64,000 nucleotides of DNA, taken from Shigella phage KNP5. This document shows, in pieces, positions 22,880 through 36,419 of the stretch; positions within the stretch are counted from its first letter, which is position 1; each line of letters begins with the position of its first letter. The DNA lies in the sequence record KX452698, one strand, 5' to 3'. The translations under genes were made by a program, and so were the position numbers. The notes beneath the pieces are model-generated. The model saw only the letters and a list, made by a program, of their open reading frames with translations. It had not been told where the DNA came from and did not search any database.

Positions 22880-25800
22880 ATGGCCGAGATTAAAAGAAAG
22901 TTCAGAGCAGAAGATGGTCTGGACGCAGGTGGCGATAAAATAATCAACGTAGCTTTAGCTGATCGTGCCGTAGGAACTGACGGTGTTAACGTTGATTACC
23001 TAATTCAAGAAAACACAGTTCAACAATATGATCCAACTCGTGGATATTTAAAAGATTTTGTAATCATTTATGATAACCGCTTTTGGGCTGCTATAAATGA
23101 TATTCCAAAACCAGCGGGAGCTTTTAATAGCGTACGTTGGAGAGCATTACGTACTGATGCAAACTGGACAACTGTTTCGTCAGGACCTTATCAATTAAAG
23201 TCAGGTGAATCAATTTCAGTTAATACTGCAGCAGGAAATGATATCACATTTACTTTGCCAACTTCTCCAATTGATGGAGATACTATCGTTCTTCAAGATA
23301 TTGGTGGAAAACCTGGAGTTAACCAAGTTTTAATTGTAGCTCCAGTGCAAAGTATTGTAAACTTTAGAGGCGAACAAGTACGATCAGTACTAATGACCCA
23401 TCCAAAATCACAGATAGTTTTAATTTTTAGTAATCGTCTGTGGCAAATGTATGTGGCTGATTATAGCAGAGAAGCGGTAGTTGTGACGCCAGCAAGTCTC
23501 TACCAGGCGCAGTCAAACGATTTTATCGTGCGTAGATTTACTTCCGCTGCGCCTATTAATATTAAACTTCCGAGATTTGCTAATCATGGCGATATTATTA
23601 ATTTCGTTGATTTAGATAAATTAAATCCTCTTTATCATACAATTGTTACTACATATGATGAAACTACATCAGTACAAGAAGATGGAACTCATTCCATTGA
23701 AGGCCGTACATCTATTGACGGTTTCTTGATGTATGATGATAACGAAAAACTGTGGAGATTGTTTGACGGGGATAGTAAAGCACGTTTACGTATCATAACG
23801 ACTAATTCAAATATTCGTCCAAATGAAGAAGTTATGGTATTTGGTGCGAATAACGGAACAACTCAAACGATTGAGCTTCAGCTTCCGACCGATATTTCTG
23901 TTGGTGATACTGTTAAAATTTCCATGAATTACATGAGAAAAGGGCAAACAGTTAAAATCAAAGCTGCTGGTGAAGATAAAATTGCTTCTTCAGTTCAATT
24001 GTTGCAATTCCCAAAACGTTCAGAATATCCACCTGAAGCTGAATGGGTGACTGTTCAAGAATTAGTTTTTAACGGTGAAACTAATTATGTTCCAGTTTTA
24101 CAGCTTGCTTATATAGAAGATTCTGACGGAAAATACTGGGTTGTACAGCAAAACGTTCCAACAGTTGAAAGAGTTGATTCTTTAAATGATTCTACTAGAG
24201 CAAGATTAGGCGTGATTGCTTTAGCTACACAAGCTCAAGCTAACGTCGATTTAGAAAATTCTCCACAAAAAGAATTAGCAATTACTCCAGAAACATTAGC
24301 TAACCGTACTGCTACAGAAACTCGTAGAGGTATCGCAAGAATAGCAACCACTGCTCAAGTGAATCAGGATACTACATTCTCTTTTGCTGACGATATTATC
24401 ATCACTCCTAAAAAGCTGAATGAAAGAACTGCTACAGAAACTCGTAGAGGTGTTGCTGAAATTGCTACACAGCAAGAAACTAACGCAGGTACTGATGATA
24501 CTGCAATCATCACTCCTAAAAAGCTTCAAGCTCGTCAGGGTTCTGAATCATTATCAGGTATTGTAACCTTTGTATCTACCGCAGGAGCTACTCCAGCTTC
24601 TAGTCGTGAATTAAATGGTACAAACGTTTATAATAAAAACACTAATAATTTAGTTGTTTCGCCTAAAGCTCTGGATCAGTATAAAGCTACTCCAACACAA
24701 CAAGGTGCAGTAATTTTAGCAGTTGAAAGTGAAGTAATTGCTGGACAAAGTCAAGAAGGATGGGCAAATGCGGTTGTAACGCCAGAAACGTTACATAAAA
24801 AGACATCAACTGATGCAAGAATTGGTTTAATTGAAATTGCTACGCAAAGTGAAGTTAATACAGGAACTGATTATACTCGCGCAGTCACTCCTAAAACTTT
24901 AAATGACCGTAAAGCAACTGAAAGTTTAAGTGGTATAGCTGAAATTGCTACACAAGTTGAATTCGACGCAGGCGTCGACGATACTCGTATCTCTACACCA
25001 TTAAAAATTAAAACCAGATTTAATAGTACTGATCGTACTTCTGTTGTTGCTCTATCTGGATTAGTTGAATCAGGAACTCTCTGGGACCATTATACCCTTA
25101 ATATTCTTGAAGCAAATGAGACACAGCGTGGTACACTTCGTGTGGCTACACAAGTTGAAGCTGCTGCAGGAACATTAGATAATGTTCTAATAACTCCTAA
25201 AAAGCTTTTAGGTACTAAATCTACTGAAGCGCAAGAAGGCGTTATTAAAGTTGCAACTCAGGTTGAAACTGTAGCTGGAACGTCAGCAAATACTGCTGTA
25301 TCTCCAAAAAATTTAAAATGGATTGTACAGAGTGAACCTACTTGGGCAGCAACTACTCTGGTAAGAGGTTTTGTTAAAACTTCATCCGGTTCAATTACAT
25401 TCGTTGGTAATGATACCGTTGGTTCAACACAGTCATTAGAATTATACGAAAAAAATAGCTATGCAGTATCGCCATATGAATTAAACCGTGTATTAGCAAA
25501 TTATTTGCCGTTAAAAGCAAAAGCTGCAGATAGTAATTTATTGGATGGTCTAGATTCATCCCAGTTCATTCGTAGGGATATTGCGCAGACGGTTAATGGT
25601 TCACTAACCTTAACACAACAAACGAATCTGAGTGCCCCTCTTGTATCATCTAGTACTGCTACGTTTGGTGGATCAGTTTCGGCAAATAGTACACTAACTA
25701 TTTCTAATACTGATGGAACAGCAACTCGTCTGATTTTTGAGAAAGGACCTCAAACTGGAACGAACCCGGCTCAAACGATGACAGTCAGCGTGTGGGGGAA

Positions 25801-26752
25801 TCAATTTAGTGGGGAATCAAACACAACACGTTCTACCGTATTTGAAGTTAGTGATGAAACATCTTATCACTTTTATTCTCAACGCGATAAAGATGGTAAT
25901 ATAGCATTTAGCATTAATGGTACTGTAATGCCAATAAATGTGAATGCTTTAGGTTCTTTGAACGCGAACGGCGTTGCAACATTCGGTAGTTCAGTTACTG
26001 CTAATGGCGAATTTATCAGTAAATCGTCGAATGCTTTTAGAGCAATAAACGGTGATTATGGATTCTTTATTCGTAATGATGCTGCTAACACCTATTTTAT
26101 GCTTACTGCATCGGGCGATCAGACTGGTGGATTTAATGGATTACGTCCATTAACTATTAATAATGCATCTGGTCAAGTAACGATTGGTGAAAGCTTAATC
26201 ATTGCCAAAGGTGCTACTATAAATTCAGGCGGTTTAACTGTTAACTCGAGAATTCGTTCTCAAGGTGTTAAAACATCTGATTTATATACCCGTGCGCCGA
26301 CATCTGATACTGTAGGATTCTGGTCAATCGATATTAATGATTCAGCCACTTATAACCAGTTCCCGGGTTATTTTAAAATGGTTGAAAAAACTAATGAAGT
26401 TACTGGACTTCCATACTTAGAACGTGGCGAAGAAGTTAAATCTCCTGGTACATTGACTCAGTTTGGTAACACACTCGATTCGCTTTACCAAGATTGGATT
26501 ACTTATCCAACGACCCCAGAAGCACGTACCACTCGCTGGACGCGTACATGGCAGAAAACCAAAAACTCTTGGTCAAGTTTTGTTCAGGTATTTGATGGAG
26601 GTAACCCTCCACAACCATCTGATATCGGTGCTTTACCATCTGATAATGCTATAATGGGGAATCTTACTATTCGTGATTTCTTACGAATTGGTAATGTTCG
26701 CATTATTCCTGACCCAGTGAATAAAACGGTTAAATTTGAATGGGTTGAATAA
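22880..26752 (+). CDS. 34: long tail fibre proximal subunit gp34
   Basis: 1290-aa plus-strand ORF heading the 34-35-36-37-38 operon; internal tail-fibre repeats; size matches T4 gp34 (1289 aa). Confidence 0.9.
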   Translation: MAEIKRKFRAEDGLDAGGDKIINVALADRAVGTDGVNVDYLIQENTVQQYDPTRGYLKDFVIIYDNRFWAAINDIPKPAGAFNSVRWRALRTDANWTTVSSGPYQLKSGESISVNTAAGNDITFTLPTSPIDGDTIVLQDIGGKPGVNQVLIVAPVQSIVNFRGEQVRSVLMTHPKSQIVLIFSNRLWQMYVADYSREAVVVTPASLYQAQSNDFIVRRFTSAAPINIKLPRFANHGDIINFVDLDKLNPLYHTIVTTYDETTSVQEDGTHSIEGRTSIDGFLMYDDNEKLWRLFDGDSKARLRIITTNSNIRPNEEVMVFGANNGTTQTIELQLPTDISVGDTVKISMNYMRKGQTVKIKAAGEDKIASSVQLLQFPKRSEYPPEAEWVTVQELVFNGETNYVPVLQLAYIEDSDGKYWVVQQNVPTVERVDSLNDSTRARLGVIALATQAQANVDLENSPQKELAITPETLANRTATETRRGIARIATTAQVNQDTTFSFADDIIITPKKLNERTATETRRGVAEIATQQETNAGTDDTAIITPKKLQARQGSESLSGIVTFVSTAGATPASSRELNGTNVYNKNTNNLVVSPKALDQYKATPTQQGAVILAVESEVIAGQSQEGWANAVVTPETLHKKTSTDARIGLIEIATQSEVNTGTDYTRAVTPKTLNDRKATESLSGIAEIATQVEFDAGVDDTRISTPLKIKTRFNSTDRTSVVALSGLVESGTLWDHYTLNILEANETQRGTLRVATQVEAAAGTLDNVLITPKKLLGTKSTEAQEGVIKVATQVETVAGTSANTAVSPKNLKWIVQSEPTWAATTLVRGFVKTSSGSITFVGNDTVGSTQSLELYEKNSYAVSPYELNRVLANYLPLKAKAADSNLLDGLDSSQFIRRDIAQTVNGSLTLTQQTNLSAPLVSSSTATFGGSVSANSTLTISNTDGTATRLIFEKGPQTGTNPAQTMTVSVWGNQFSGESNTTRSTVFEVSDETSYHFYSQRDKDGNIAFSINGTVMPINVNALGSLNANGVATFGSSVTANGEFISKSSNAFRAINGDYGFFIRNDAANTYFMLTASGDQTGGFNGLRPLTINNASGQVTIGESLIIAKGATINSGGLTVNSRIRSQGVKTSDLYTRAPTSDTVGFWSIDINDSATYNQFPGYFKMVEKTNEVTGLPYLERGEEVKSPGTLTQFGNTLDSLYQDWITYPTTPEARTTRWTRTWQKTKNSWSSFVQVFDGGNPPQPSDIGALPSDNAIMGNLTIRDFLRIGNVRIIPDPVNKTVKFEWVE
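24296..25330 (+). repeat. in-frame tandem tail-fibre repeats within gene 34
   Basis: Recurring roughly 40-residue units (..ITPKKL..TATETRRG(I/V)A.IAT.. / ..SLSGI..IATQ..) read from the translation. Confidence 0.6.
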
Positions 26753-26760
26753 GAGGTATT

Positions 26761-27876
26761 ATGGAAAAATTTATGGCAGAGTTTGGACAAGGATATGTCC
26801 AAACGCCATTTTTATCGGAAAGCAATTCAGTAAGATATAAAATAAGTATAGCGGGTTCTTGCCCGCTTTCTACAGCAGGTCCATATGTTAAATTTCAGGA
26901 TAATCTTGTTGGAAGCCAAACATTTAGCGCGGGTCTTCATTTAAGAGTTTTTGACCCTTCCACCGGAGCATTAGTTGACAGTAAGTCATATGCTTTTTCG
27001 ACTTCAAATGATACTGCATCAGCTGCTTTTGTTAGTTTCATGAATTCTTTGGCGAATAACAGACTTGTTGCTATATTAACTAGCGGAAAGGTTAATTTTC
27101 CTCCTGAAGTAGTATCTTGGTTAAGAGCAGCAGGAACGTCTGCTTTTCCATCTGATTCTTTATTGTCAAGATTTGACGTATCATATGCTGCCTTTTATAC
27201 TTCTTCCAAAGGAGCTATTGCATTAGAACATGTTAAACTAAGTAATAGAAAAAGCACAGATGACTATCAAACTATTTTAGATGTTGTATTTGACAGTTTA
27301 GAAGACGTTGGAGCTACAGGATTTCCTAAAAGAACATATGAAAGCGTGGAGCAATTTATGTCAGCAGTCGGTGGAACTAATAACGAAATTGCACGTTTAC
27401 CAACTTCATCTGCGATAAGTAAACTCTCTGACTATAATTTAATTCCTGGCGATGTTCTTTATCTTAAAGCGCAGTTATATGCTGATGCAGATTTACTTGC
27501 GCTTGGAACTACAAATATATCTATCCGTTTTTATGATGAATCGAATGGATATATTTCTTCAACACACGCTGAGTTTACTGGACAAGCTGAGTCATGGGAA
27601 TTAAAGGAAGATTATGTAGTTATTCCAGAAAATGCAGTAGGATTTACGATATATGCACAAAGAACTGCACAAGCAGGTCAAGGCGGCATGAGAAATTTAA
27701 GCTTTTCTGAAGTATCAAGAAATGGTGGAATTTCAAAACCTGCTGAATTTGGCGTTAACGGTATTCGAGTTAATTATGTCTGCGAATCTGCTTCACATCC
27801 GGATATAATGGTACTTCCTACACAAGCATCGTCTAAAACTGGTAAAGTGTTTGGACAAGAATTTAGAGAAGTTTAA
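26761..27876 (+). CDS. 35: long tail fibre hinge connector gp35
   Basis: 371-aa ORF 9 nt after gene 34; T4 gp35 is 372 aa. Confidence 0.85.
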   Translation: MEKFMAEFGQGYVQTPFLSESNSVRYKISIAGSCPLSTAGPYVKFQDNLVGSQTFSAGLHLRVFDPSTGALVDSKSYAFSTSNDTASAAFVSFMNSLANNRLVAILTSGKVNFPPEVVSWLRAAGTSAFPSDSLLSRFDVSYAAFYTSSKGAIALEHVKLSNRKSTDDYQTILDVVFDSLEDVGATGFPKRTYESVEQFMSAVGGTNNEIARLPTSSAISKLSDYNLIPGDVLYLKAQLYADADLLALGTTNISIRFYDESNGYISSTHAEFTGQAESWELKEDYVVIPENAVGFTIYAQRTAQAGQGGMRNLSFSEVSRNGGISKPAEFGVNGIRVNYVCESASHPDIMVLPTQASSKTGKVFGQEFREV

Positions 27877-27881
27877 ATTGA

Positions 27882-27906
27882 GGGAGCCTTCGGGTTCCCT
27901 TTTTCT
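27882..27906 (+). terminator. rho-independent terminator after gene 35
   Basis: Hairpin GGGAGCC-UUCG-GGUUCCC (one G-U pair) followed by TTTTTCTTT. Confidence 0.6.
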
Positions 27907-27907
27907 T

Positions 27908-27915
27908 TATAAATA
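27908..27915 (+). promoter_or_regulatory. late promoter TATAAATA (gene 36)
   Basis: Exact TATAAATA 24 nt upstream of the gene 36 ATG. Confidence 0.75.
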
Positions 27916-27938
27916 CTATTAAAATAAAGGGGCATACA

Positions 27939-28595
27939 ATGGCTGATTTAAAAGTAGGTTCAACAACTGGAGGCTCTGTCATTTGGCATCAAGGAAATTT
28001 TCCATTGAATCCAGCCGGTGACGATGTACTCTATAAATCATTTAAAATATATTCAGAATATAATAAACCACAAGCTGCTGATAATGATTTCGTTTCTAAA
28101 GCTAATGGTGGCACGTATTTAAATAAAGTAATTTTTAATAAAGGAATGACTGTTCCTGGCGCAGGGTCAGGTGACAACGGTATTTTTGCTGGTCCTGGTG
28201 ATAATGCCACGTATGATACTACAAATATGGATATTGTTTCGTGGTATGGTATTGGTTTTAAATCATCACAGGGTTCAGCGGGTAGAACTGTAGTAATTAA
28301 CACGCGAAATGGAGATATTAGCTCAAAGGGTGTAATTGAAGCGTCACAAATACGCGCAACTTCATTATCCCCAGTAAATAATTATGACCTTACACGGAAA
28401 GATTATGTCGATGGAGCAATAAATATTGTTACAGCAAACGCAAACTCTAGAGTATTACGCTCTGGAGATACTATGACAGGAAATTTAACTGCGCCAAACC
28501 TTTTTTCACAGAATCCTGCATCTCAACCTTCGCATGTTCCACGATTTGATCAAATTGTTATTAAGGATTCTGTTCAAGATTTCGGCTATTATTAA
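27939..28595 (+). CDS. 36: long tail fibre distal connector gp36
   Basis: 218-aa ORF; position and size (T4 gp36 221 aa). Confidence 0.85.
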   Translation: MADLKVGSTTGGSVIWHQGNFPLNPAGDDVLYKSFKIYSEYNKPQAADNDFVSKANGGTYLNKVIFNKGMTVPGAGSGDNGIFAGPGDNATYDTTNMDIVSWYGIGFKSSQGSAGRTVVINTRNGDISSKGVIEASQIRATSLSPVNNYDLTRKDYVDGAINIVTANANSRVLRSGDTMTGNLTAPNLFSQNPASQPSHVPRFDQIVIKDSVQDFGYY

Positions 28596-28603
28596 GAGGA
28601 CTT

Positions 28604-32726
<4,123 letters not shown>

Positions 32727-32756
32727 TTTGAATAAATATCCTTAAAAGGAGGGTCT

Positions 32757-33413
32757 ATGGCAGCACCTAGAATATCATTTTCGCCCTCTGATATTCTGTT
32801 GGGTGTTCTAGATCGCTTGTTCAAAGATAACGCTACCGGGAAGGTTCTTGCTTCCCGAGTAGCTGTCGTAATTCTTTTATTTATGATGGCGATTGTTTGG
32901 TATAGGGGAGATAGTTTCTTTGAGTACTATAAGCAATCAAAGTATGAAACATACAGTGAAATTATTGAAAAGGAAAGAAATGCACGCTTTGAATCTGTCG
33001 CCCTGGAACAACTCCAGATAGTTCATATATCATCTGAGGCAGACTTTAGTGCGGTGTATTCTTTCCGCCCTAAAAACTTAAACTATTTTGTTGATATTAT
33101 AGCATATGAAGGAAAATTACCTTCAACAATAAGTGAAAAATCACTTGGAGGATATCCTGTTGATAAAACTATGGATGAATATGCAGTTCATTTAAATGGA
33201 CGTCATTATTATTCCAACTCAAAATTTGCTTTTTTACCAACCAAAAAGCCTACTCCCGAAATAAATTACATGTACAGTTGTCCATATTTCAATTTGGATA
33301 ATATCTATGCTGGAACAATAACCATGTACTGGTATAGAAATGATCATATAAGTAATGACCGCCTTGAATCAATATGTGCTCAGGCGGCCAGAATATTAGG
33401 AAGGGCTAAATAA
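32757..33413 (+). CDS. t: holin T
   Basis: 218-aa ORF with a single N-terminal transmembrane segment and large periplasmic domain; matches T4 holin as recalled. Confidence 0.9.
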   Translation: MAAPRISFSPSDILLGVLDRLFKDNATGKVLASRVAVVILLFMMAIVWYRGDSFFEYYKQSKYETYSEIIEKERNARFESVALEQLQIVHISSEADFSAVYSFRPKNLNYFVDIIAYEGKLPSTISEKSLGGYPVDKTMDEYAVHLNGRHYYSNSKFAFLPTKKPTPEINYMYSCPYFNLDNIYAGTITMYWYRNDHISNDRLESICAQAARILGRAK

Positions 33414-33686
33414 TTATTTGTTTGTATACATCTCTAGATATCGATATACACCCTCAAAACCCTCGTTGAATTCGTCGATGAGGGTTTTCTTATCTTCTTG
33501 AGTTAATTCAGAAACAATTTTACGGAATGAATTCTGATTCAACTTTCTACCTTCATGCGTTACTCCAATCTCATTCAGAAATGCAATAAAATTAGCACGA
33601 TTCTCAACAATATCTTCTCGGGAAAATTTAATCAAAATAGACGCAACAGTAATAATTTCACGAACTGTATCAATATTTTTATTCAT
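33414..33686 (-). CDS. asiA: anti-sigma70 factor AsiA
   Basis: 90-aa ORF MNKNIDTVREIITVASILIKFSREDIVENRANFIAFLNEIG... identical in length and essentially in sequence to T4 AsiA as recalled. Confidence 0.9.
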   Translation of the reverse strand: MNKNIDTVREIITVASILIKFSREDIVENRANFIAFLNEIGVTHEGRKLNQNSFRKIVSELTQEDKKTLIDEFNEGFEGVYRYLEMYTNK

Positions 33687-33698
33687 TAACTATACCAC

Positions 33699-33851
33699 TC
33701 AATTAGTTGACTTTGCTATAATATCATCAGACGTTTGATTTGTAAACTGGTCTGTGTTATTTTCTTCAAAAATTTTTTCTACGAATTCCTTGAACGACTC
33801 ACGTTCCTGAGCTACATTATGCTCGATTACTTTTTCAAGATTATGACTCAT
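33699..33851 (-). CDS. small ORF (50 aa) coupled to arn
   Basis: Hand-translated MSHNLEKVIEHNVAQERESFKEF...; its ATG overlaps the arn-frame TGA (ATGA). Below the track threshold. Confidence 0.4.
   Translation of the reverse strand: MSHNLEKVIEHNVAQERESFKEFVEKIFEENNTDQFTNQTSDDIIAKSTN
33725..33754 (-). promoter_or_regulatory. T4-type early promoter for asiA
   Basis: GTTTACA on the minus strand (plus gtaaac 33749-33754) with -10-like TATAGC/TATTAT downstream. Confidence 0.45.
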
Positions 33852-34126
33852 TCGAAATAATCTTCAATTTCATAATCAAGAACATAAATCATTATAGTTT
33901 TTAATACATCATCAATACTTTTTCCTGGAGCTGGAATTACGTAAAAATATCCCGCCTTTGAATTATCTTTATAAGTTCCAACCAAGAAATCATTATTCTC
34001 AAGATGCAGTTCTTCAACTAATTAATTAACAATTGAGTGGTATAAATTTGGTAGTAACTTGTATAGCTTTTCTAGAATATCAATTTTGATTGTGTATTGA
34101 ACCACAGACTGAGAATCAATAATCAT
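33848..34126 (-). pseudogene. arn: arn (anti-restriction nuclease, McrBC inhibitor) interrupted by in-frame TAA at codon 35
   Basis: Hand translation from ATG 34126: MIIDSQSVVQYTIKIDILEKLYKLLPNLYHSIVN, then TAA (plus tta 34022-34024), same frame continues LVEELHLENNDFLVGTYKDNSKAGYFYVIPAPGKSIDDVLKTIMIYVLDYEIEDYFE to TGA; 92 codons in total. Confidence 0.6.
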
Positions 34127-34209
34127 AGACCTTCCCCTTATGTTTCTGTTTGCGATTAGATTCTTTAAACGCTTTCTTCTTATCTTTATGGACAGAAGCT
34201 TTATTAAAA

Positions 34210-34428
34210 TTATGTTTTGCGACTAAATTGTTCATAGTGCTGAATTACCTCTCTCAAACATTTGCATGTGAATGAAAACTTTTTAGCTACACCACATTCA
34301 AATATATGTTCTCTTAAATCACGTGTGTCAGTATATCCCATCTCAACAATAAAATGCCGTATTAGATTTTTATCTTTATCATTGAGAGAATTGAAATAAT
34401 CGGATTTTGAATTAATTTCCCTGGCCAA
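34210..34428 (-). CDS. hypothetical protein
   Basis: 72-aa ORF with Cys-x2-Cys pairs. Confidence 0.45.
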   Translation of the reverse strand: MAREINSKSDYFNSLNDKDKNLIRHFIVEMGYTDTRDLREHIFECGVAKKFSFTCKCLREVIQHYEQFSRKT

Positions 34429-34708
34429 ATTGAATCACCTTCAGTTGACGTTTTAATTCTTTTATCATTTCTTCGTTCATCGCAATGTAAAGATCGCGTA
34501 AAGCGGGTTTTAGCATTCCATTTACTGGAGAACTAAATGGACATACATAATCTTTTCCTACGAGCTTTTTGGTGAATTCCATATTACAGAATTGAAATGC
34601 CGGTTCATTGGTATAAATTCCCCAATTAGTTGACATCATTTTATTGGCATATTCTAGTGCCTGGATTTGATTCATAATTCCATCAATTTGAAACTTTTTA
34701 ATATTCAT
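34412..34708 (-). CDS. hypothetical protein
   Basis: 98-aa ORF. Confidence 0.5.
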   Translation of the reverse strand: MNIKKFQIDGIMNQIQALEYANKMMSTNWGIYTNEPAFQFCNMEFTKKLVGKDYVCPFSSPVNGMLKPALRDLYIAMNEEMIKELKRQLKVIQFGQGN

Positions 34709-35169
34709 TAGTAAAGGTCCTCAGAGTAAAGTTCTTTTTCACTACCACCGCGTTCAATACGTACTTGTCCAGCATAAGTTGCAATAATCATTGCTTCTTC
34801 ACGTGTCCAATAATTACTATATTGGTCAATAAACCCTTGGTCATCATCGCAAACTTGCTGAGTAACTAATTGAGGTTTAACTACATCTAAAACTTCTGCC
34901 ATATCTTTAGAATAATGACGAGCACCTGGAATAACAAGAGTTCGTCCATCTTTTAATTTAAAACGGTTGGCTGCGCAAACAATTCGTCGTTGATACTTTT
35001 GGTTTTCGTCCCAATACGCAGTCTGCCAACAGATTTCAGGAACTTCTTTCAGAATATCTTCTTCTGTGCATTTATAACCGTGCGCTTTAAATTTTTCAAC
35101 AAGACTTTCCGGAGTTTCACGAGATAAAGGAACATTCAGCATTTTTAAACGATTAATAAATGGATTCAT
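34708..35169 (-). CDS. hypothetical protein
   Basis: 153-aa ORF, ATGA-coupled. Confidence 0.5.
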   Translation of the reverse strand: MNPFINRLKMLNVPLSRETPESLVEKFKAHGYKCTEEDILKEVPEICWQTAYWDENQKYQRRIVCAANRFKLKDGRTLVIPGARHYSKDMAEVLDVVKPQLVTQQVCDDDQGFIDQYSNYWTREEAMIIATYAGQVRIERGGSEKELYSEDLY

Positions 35170-35495
35170 TTAAACCATCCTTTAATACGCTGCCACAAAG
35201 TTTTCTGTTGAGCTTTGTTAACACCAATTGAGCGAATAACTGGCTGAGATTCCTGGAATTCTTTATAATCAGCAAGGTAAATTTCGTAAGCTGCATCTGT
35301 AAATGAACTTATCGCTGCCATAAAATTATTGCGAATACCTACTGGAGCATCTTTACTTTCACGAATAATCATGTATTTACCAGTCTTAATCTTTACGATA
35401 GTTCCAAGATAAGCTCCGTGGTACCAGATGTCCCACCCCTCTTGAGTGGGTTCTGCACAACGACGAAGTTCATTAACAATTTCTAACTTGTTCAT
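35166..35495 (-). CDS. hypothetical protein
   Basis: 109-aa ORF. Confidence 0.5.
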   Translation of the reverse strand: MNKLEIVNELRRCAEPTQEGWDIWYHGAYLGTIVKIKTGKYMIIRESKDAPVGIRNNFMAAISSFTDAAYEIYLADYKEFQESQPVIRSIGVNKAQQKTLWQRIKGWFK

Positions 35496-35505
35496 TATTT
35501 ATTCC

Positions 35506-36141
35506 TCACAGTTCAGATGCTACGGTGATTACTGCTTCAATGTTTTCTGCCGAGCGTTTAATGTCAAGATACACATTACCATTTTTAGCGATTTTACATG
35601 ACATTCCGATATCAGTAAATTTCTGAATATGATGTTCCATCATTTTGTATCCAAAAATTCGCATATTTCCATTGTTGTTAATTTCAAAATTGCGAATTCC
35701 ATGAGTGCGTTTTTCTAAAATAGCAAGATAGTTACTGCGGTAAGTTTCAACCTTTTTAAGAACAAATCCATTTTCATCTAAAAGTTTTAACATGAAGTCT
35801 TTATCTTCTTCCATATCGGAAGTAATCTCACGAGCTTTACGAGTTGCTCGTTTTTTCAGCAGTTCAGGAGCATTTTCCTGCGCATATAAAGTTGCTGCAT
35901 TTGAAATAATATCCTGAGCTTCACCTGTAATGATTAATCCATCACCAGATTTCTCCACCAGGCCTTTTTTAATCAATACCCCAATATTACTATTAACTAC
36001 TGCGTTACCTAAATCTGGATGCACCTCACGAACTTCTGCAGCTGTAATGAAATCTTTCTTAGCAATGGTAATTAAAATCGCAGCAGTTTTTTCATTCAGA
36101 ACATCGTTAGAAGCTTTGATGATGTAAGTTACTTTAGACAT
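35506..36141 (-). CDS. motA: middle-transcription activator MotA
   Basis: 211-aa ORF at the T4 motA position; same length as T4 MotA. Confidence 0.8.
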   Translation of the reverse strand: MSKVTYIIKASNDVLNEKTAAILITIAKKDFITAAEVREVHPDLGNAVVNSNIGVLIKKGLVEKSGDGLIITGEAQDIISNAATLYAQENAPELLKKRATRKAREITSDMEEDKDFMLKLLDENGFVLKKVETYRSNYLAILEKRTHGIRNFEINNNGNMRIFGYKMMEHHIQKFTDIGMSCKIAKNGNVYLDIKRSAENIEAVITVASEL

Positions 36142-36182
36142 TTTCTAATCTCCGTAATTCTGTATCAGTAGTTGATAGTTGT

Positions 36183-36212
36183 ATAATACCACAGTATGCT
36201 TTGGTTGTAAAC
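36183..36212 (-). promoter_or_regulatory. T4-type early promoter (GTTTACA-N17-TATTAT) for motA
   Basis: Verified on the minus strand; shares a roughly 35-bp identical upstream segment with the promoter at 19504-19560. Confidence 0.55.
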
Positions 36213-36235
36213 CGTTTTGTGAAAAAATTTTTGAA

Positions 36236-36264
36236 ATAAAAAAAGGGAGAGCCAAGGCTCTCCC
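36236..36264 (-). terminator. rho-independent terminator
   Basis: 9-bp stem GGGAGAGCC/GGCTCTCCC followed on the minus strand by a T9 run. Confidence 0.7.
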
Positions 36265-36269
36265 TAAAA

Positions 36270-36419
36270 TTACTGCATGACTGTGATAACTGTCATGATA
36301 ACACGTTGAATTCCGAACGCAAGAAGACCTCCTGCTACGGCAGGAACAACACCTAAACCCGCTAGTAAAATGCTACCAGATACTAATGCAGCGCTTGTAA
36401 TACCTATGAATGGACTCAT
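36270..36419 (-). CDS. small hydrophobic protein (49 aa)
   Basis: Hand-translated MSPFIGITSAALVSGSILLAGLGVVPAVAGGLLAFGIQRVIMTVITVMQ; ATG overlaps the gene 52 stop (ATGA). Below the track threshold. Confidence 0.45.
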   Translation of the reverse strand: MSPFIGITSAALVSGSILLAGLGVVPAVAGGLLAFGIQRVIMTVITVMQ

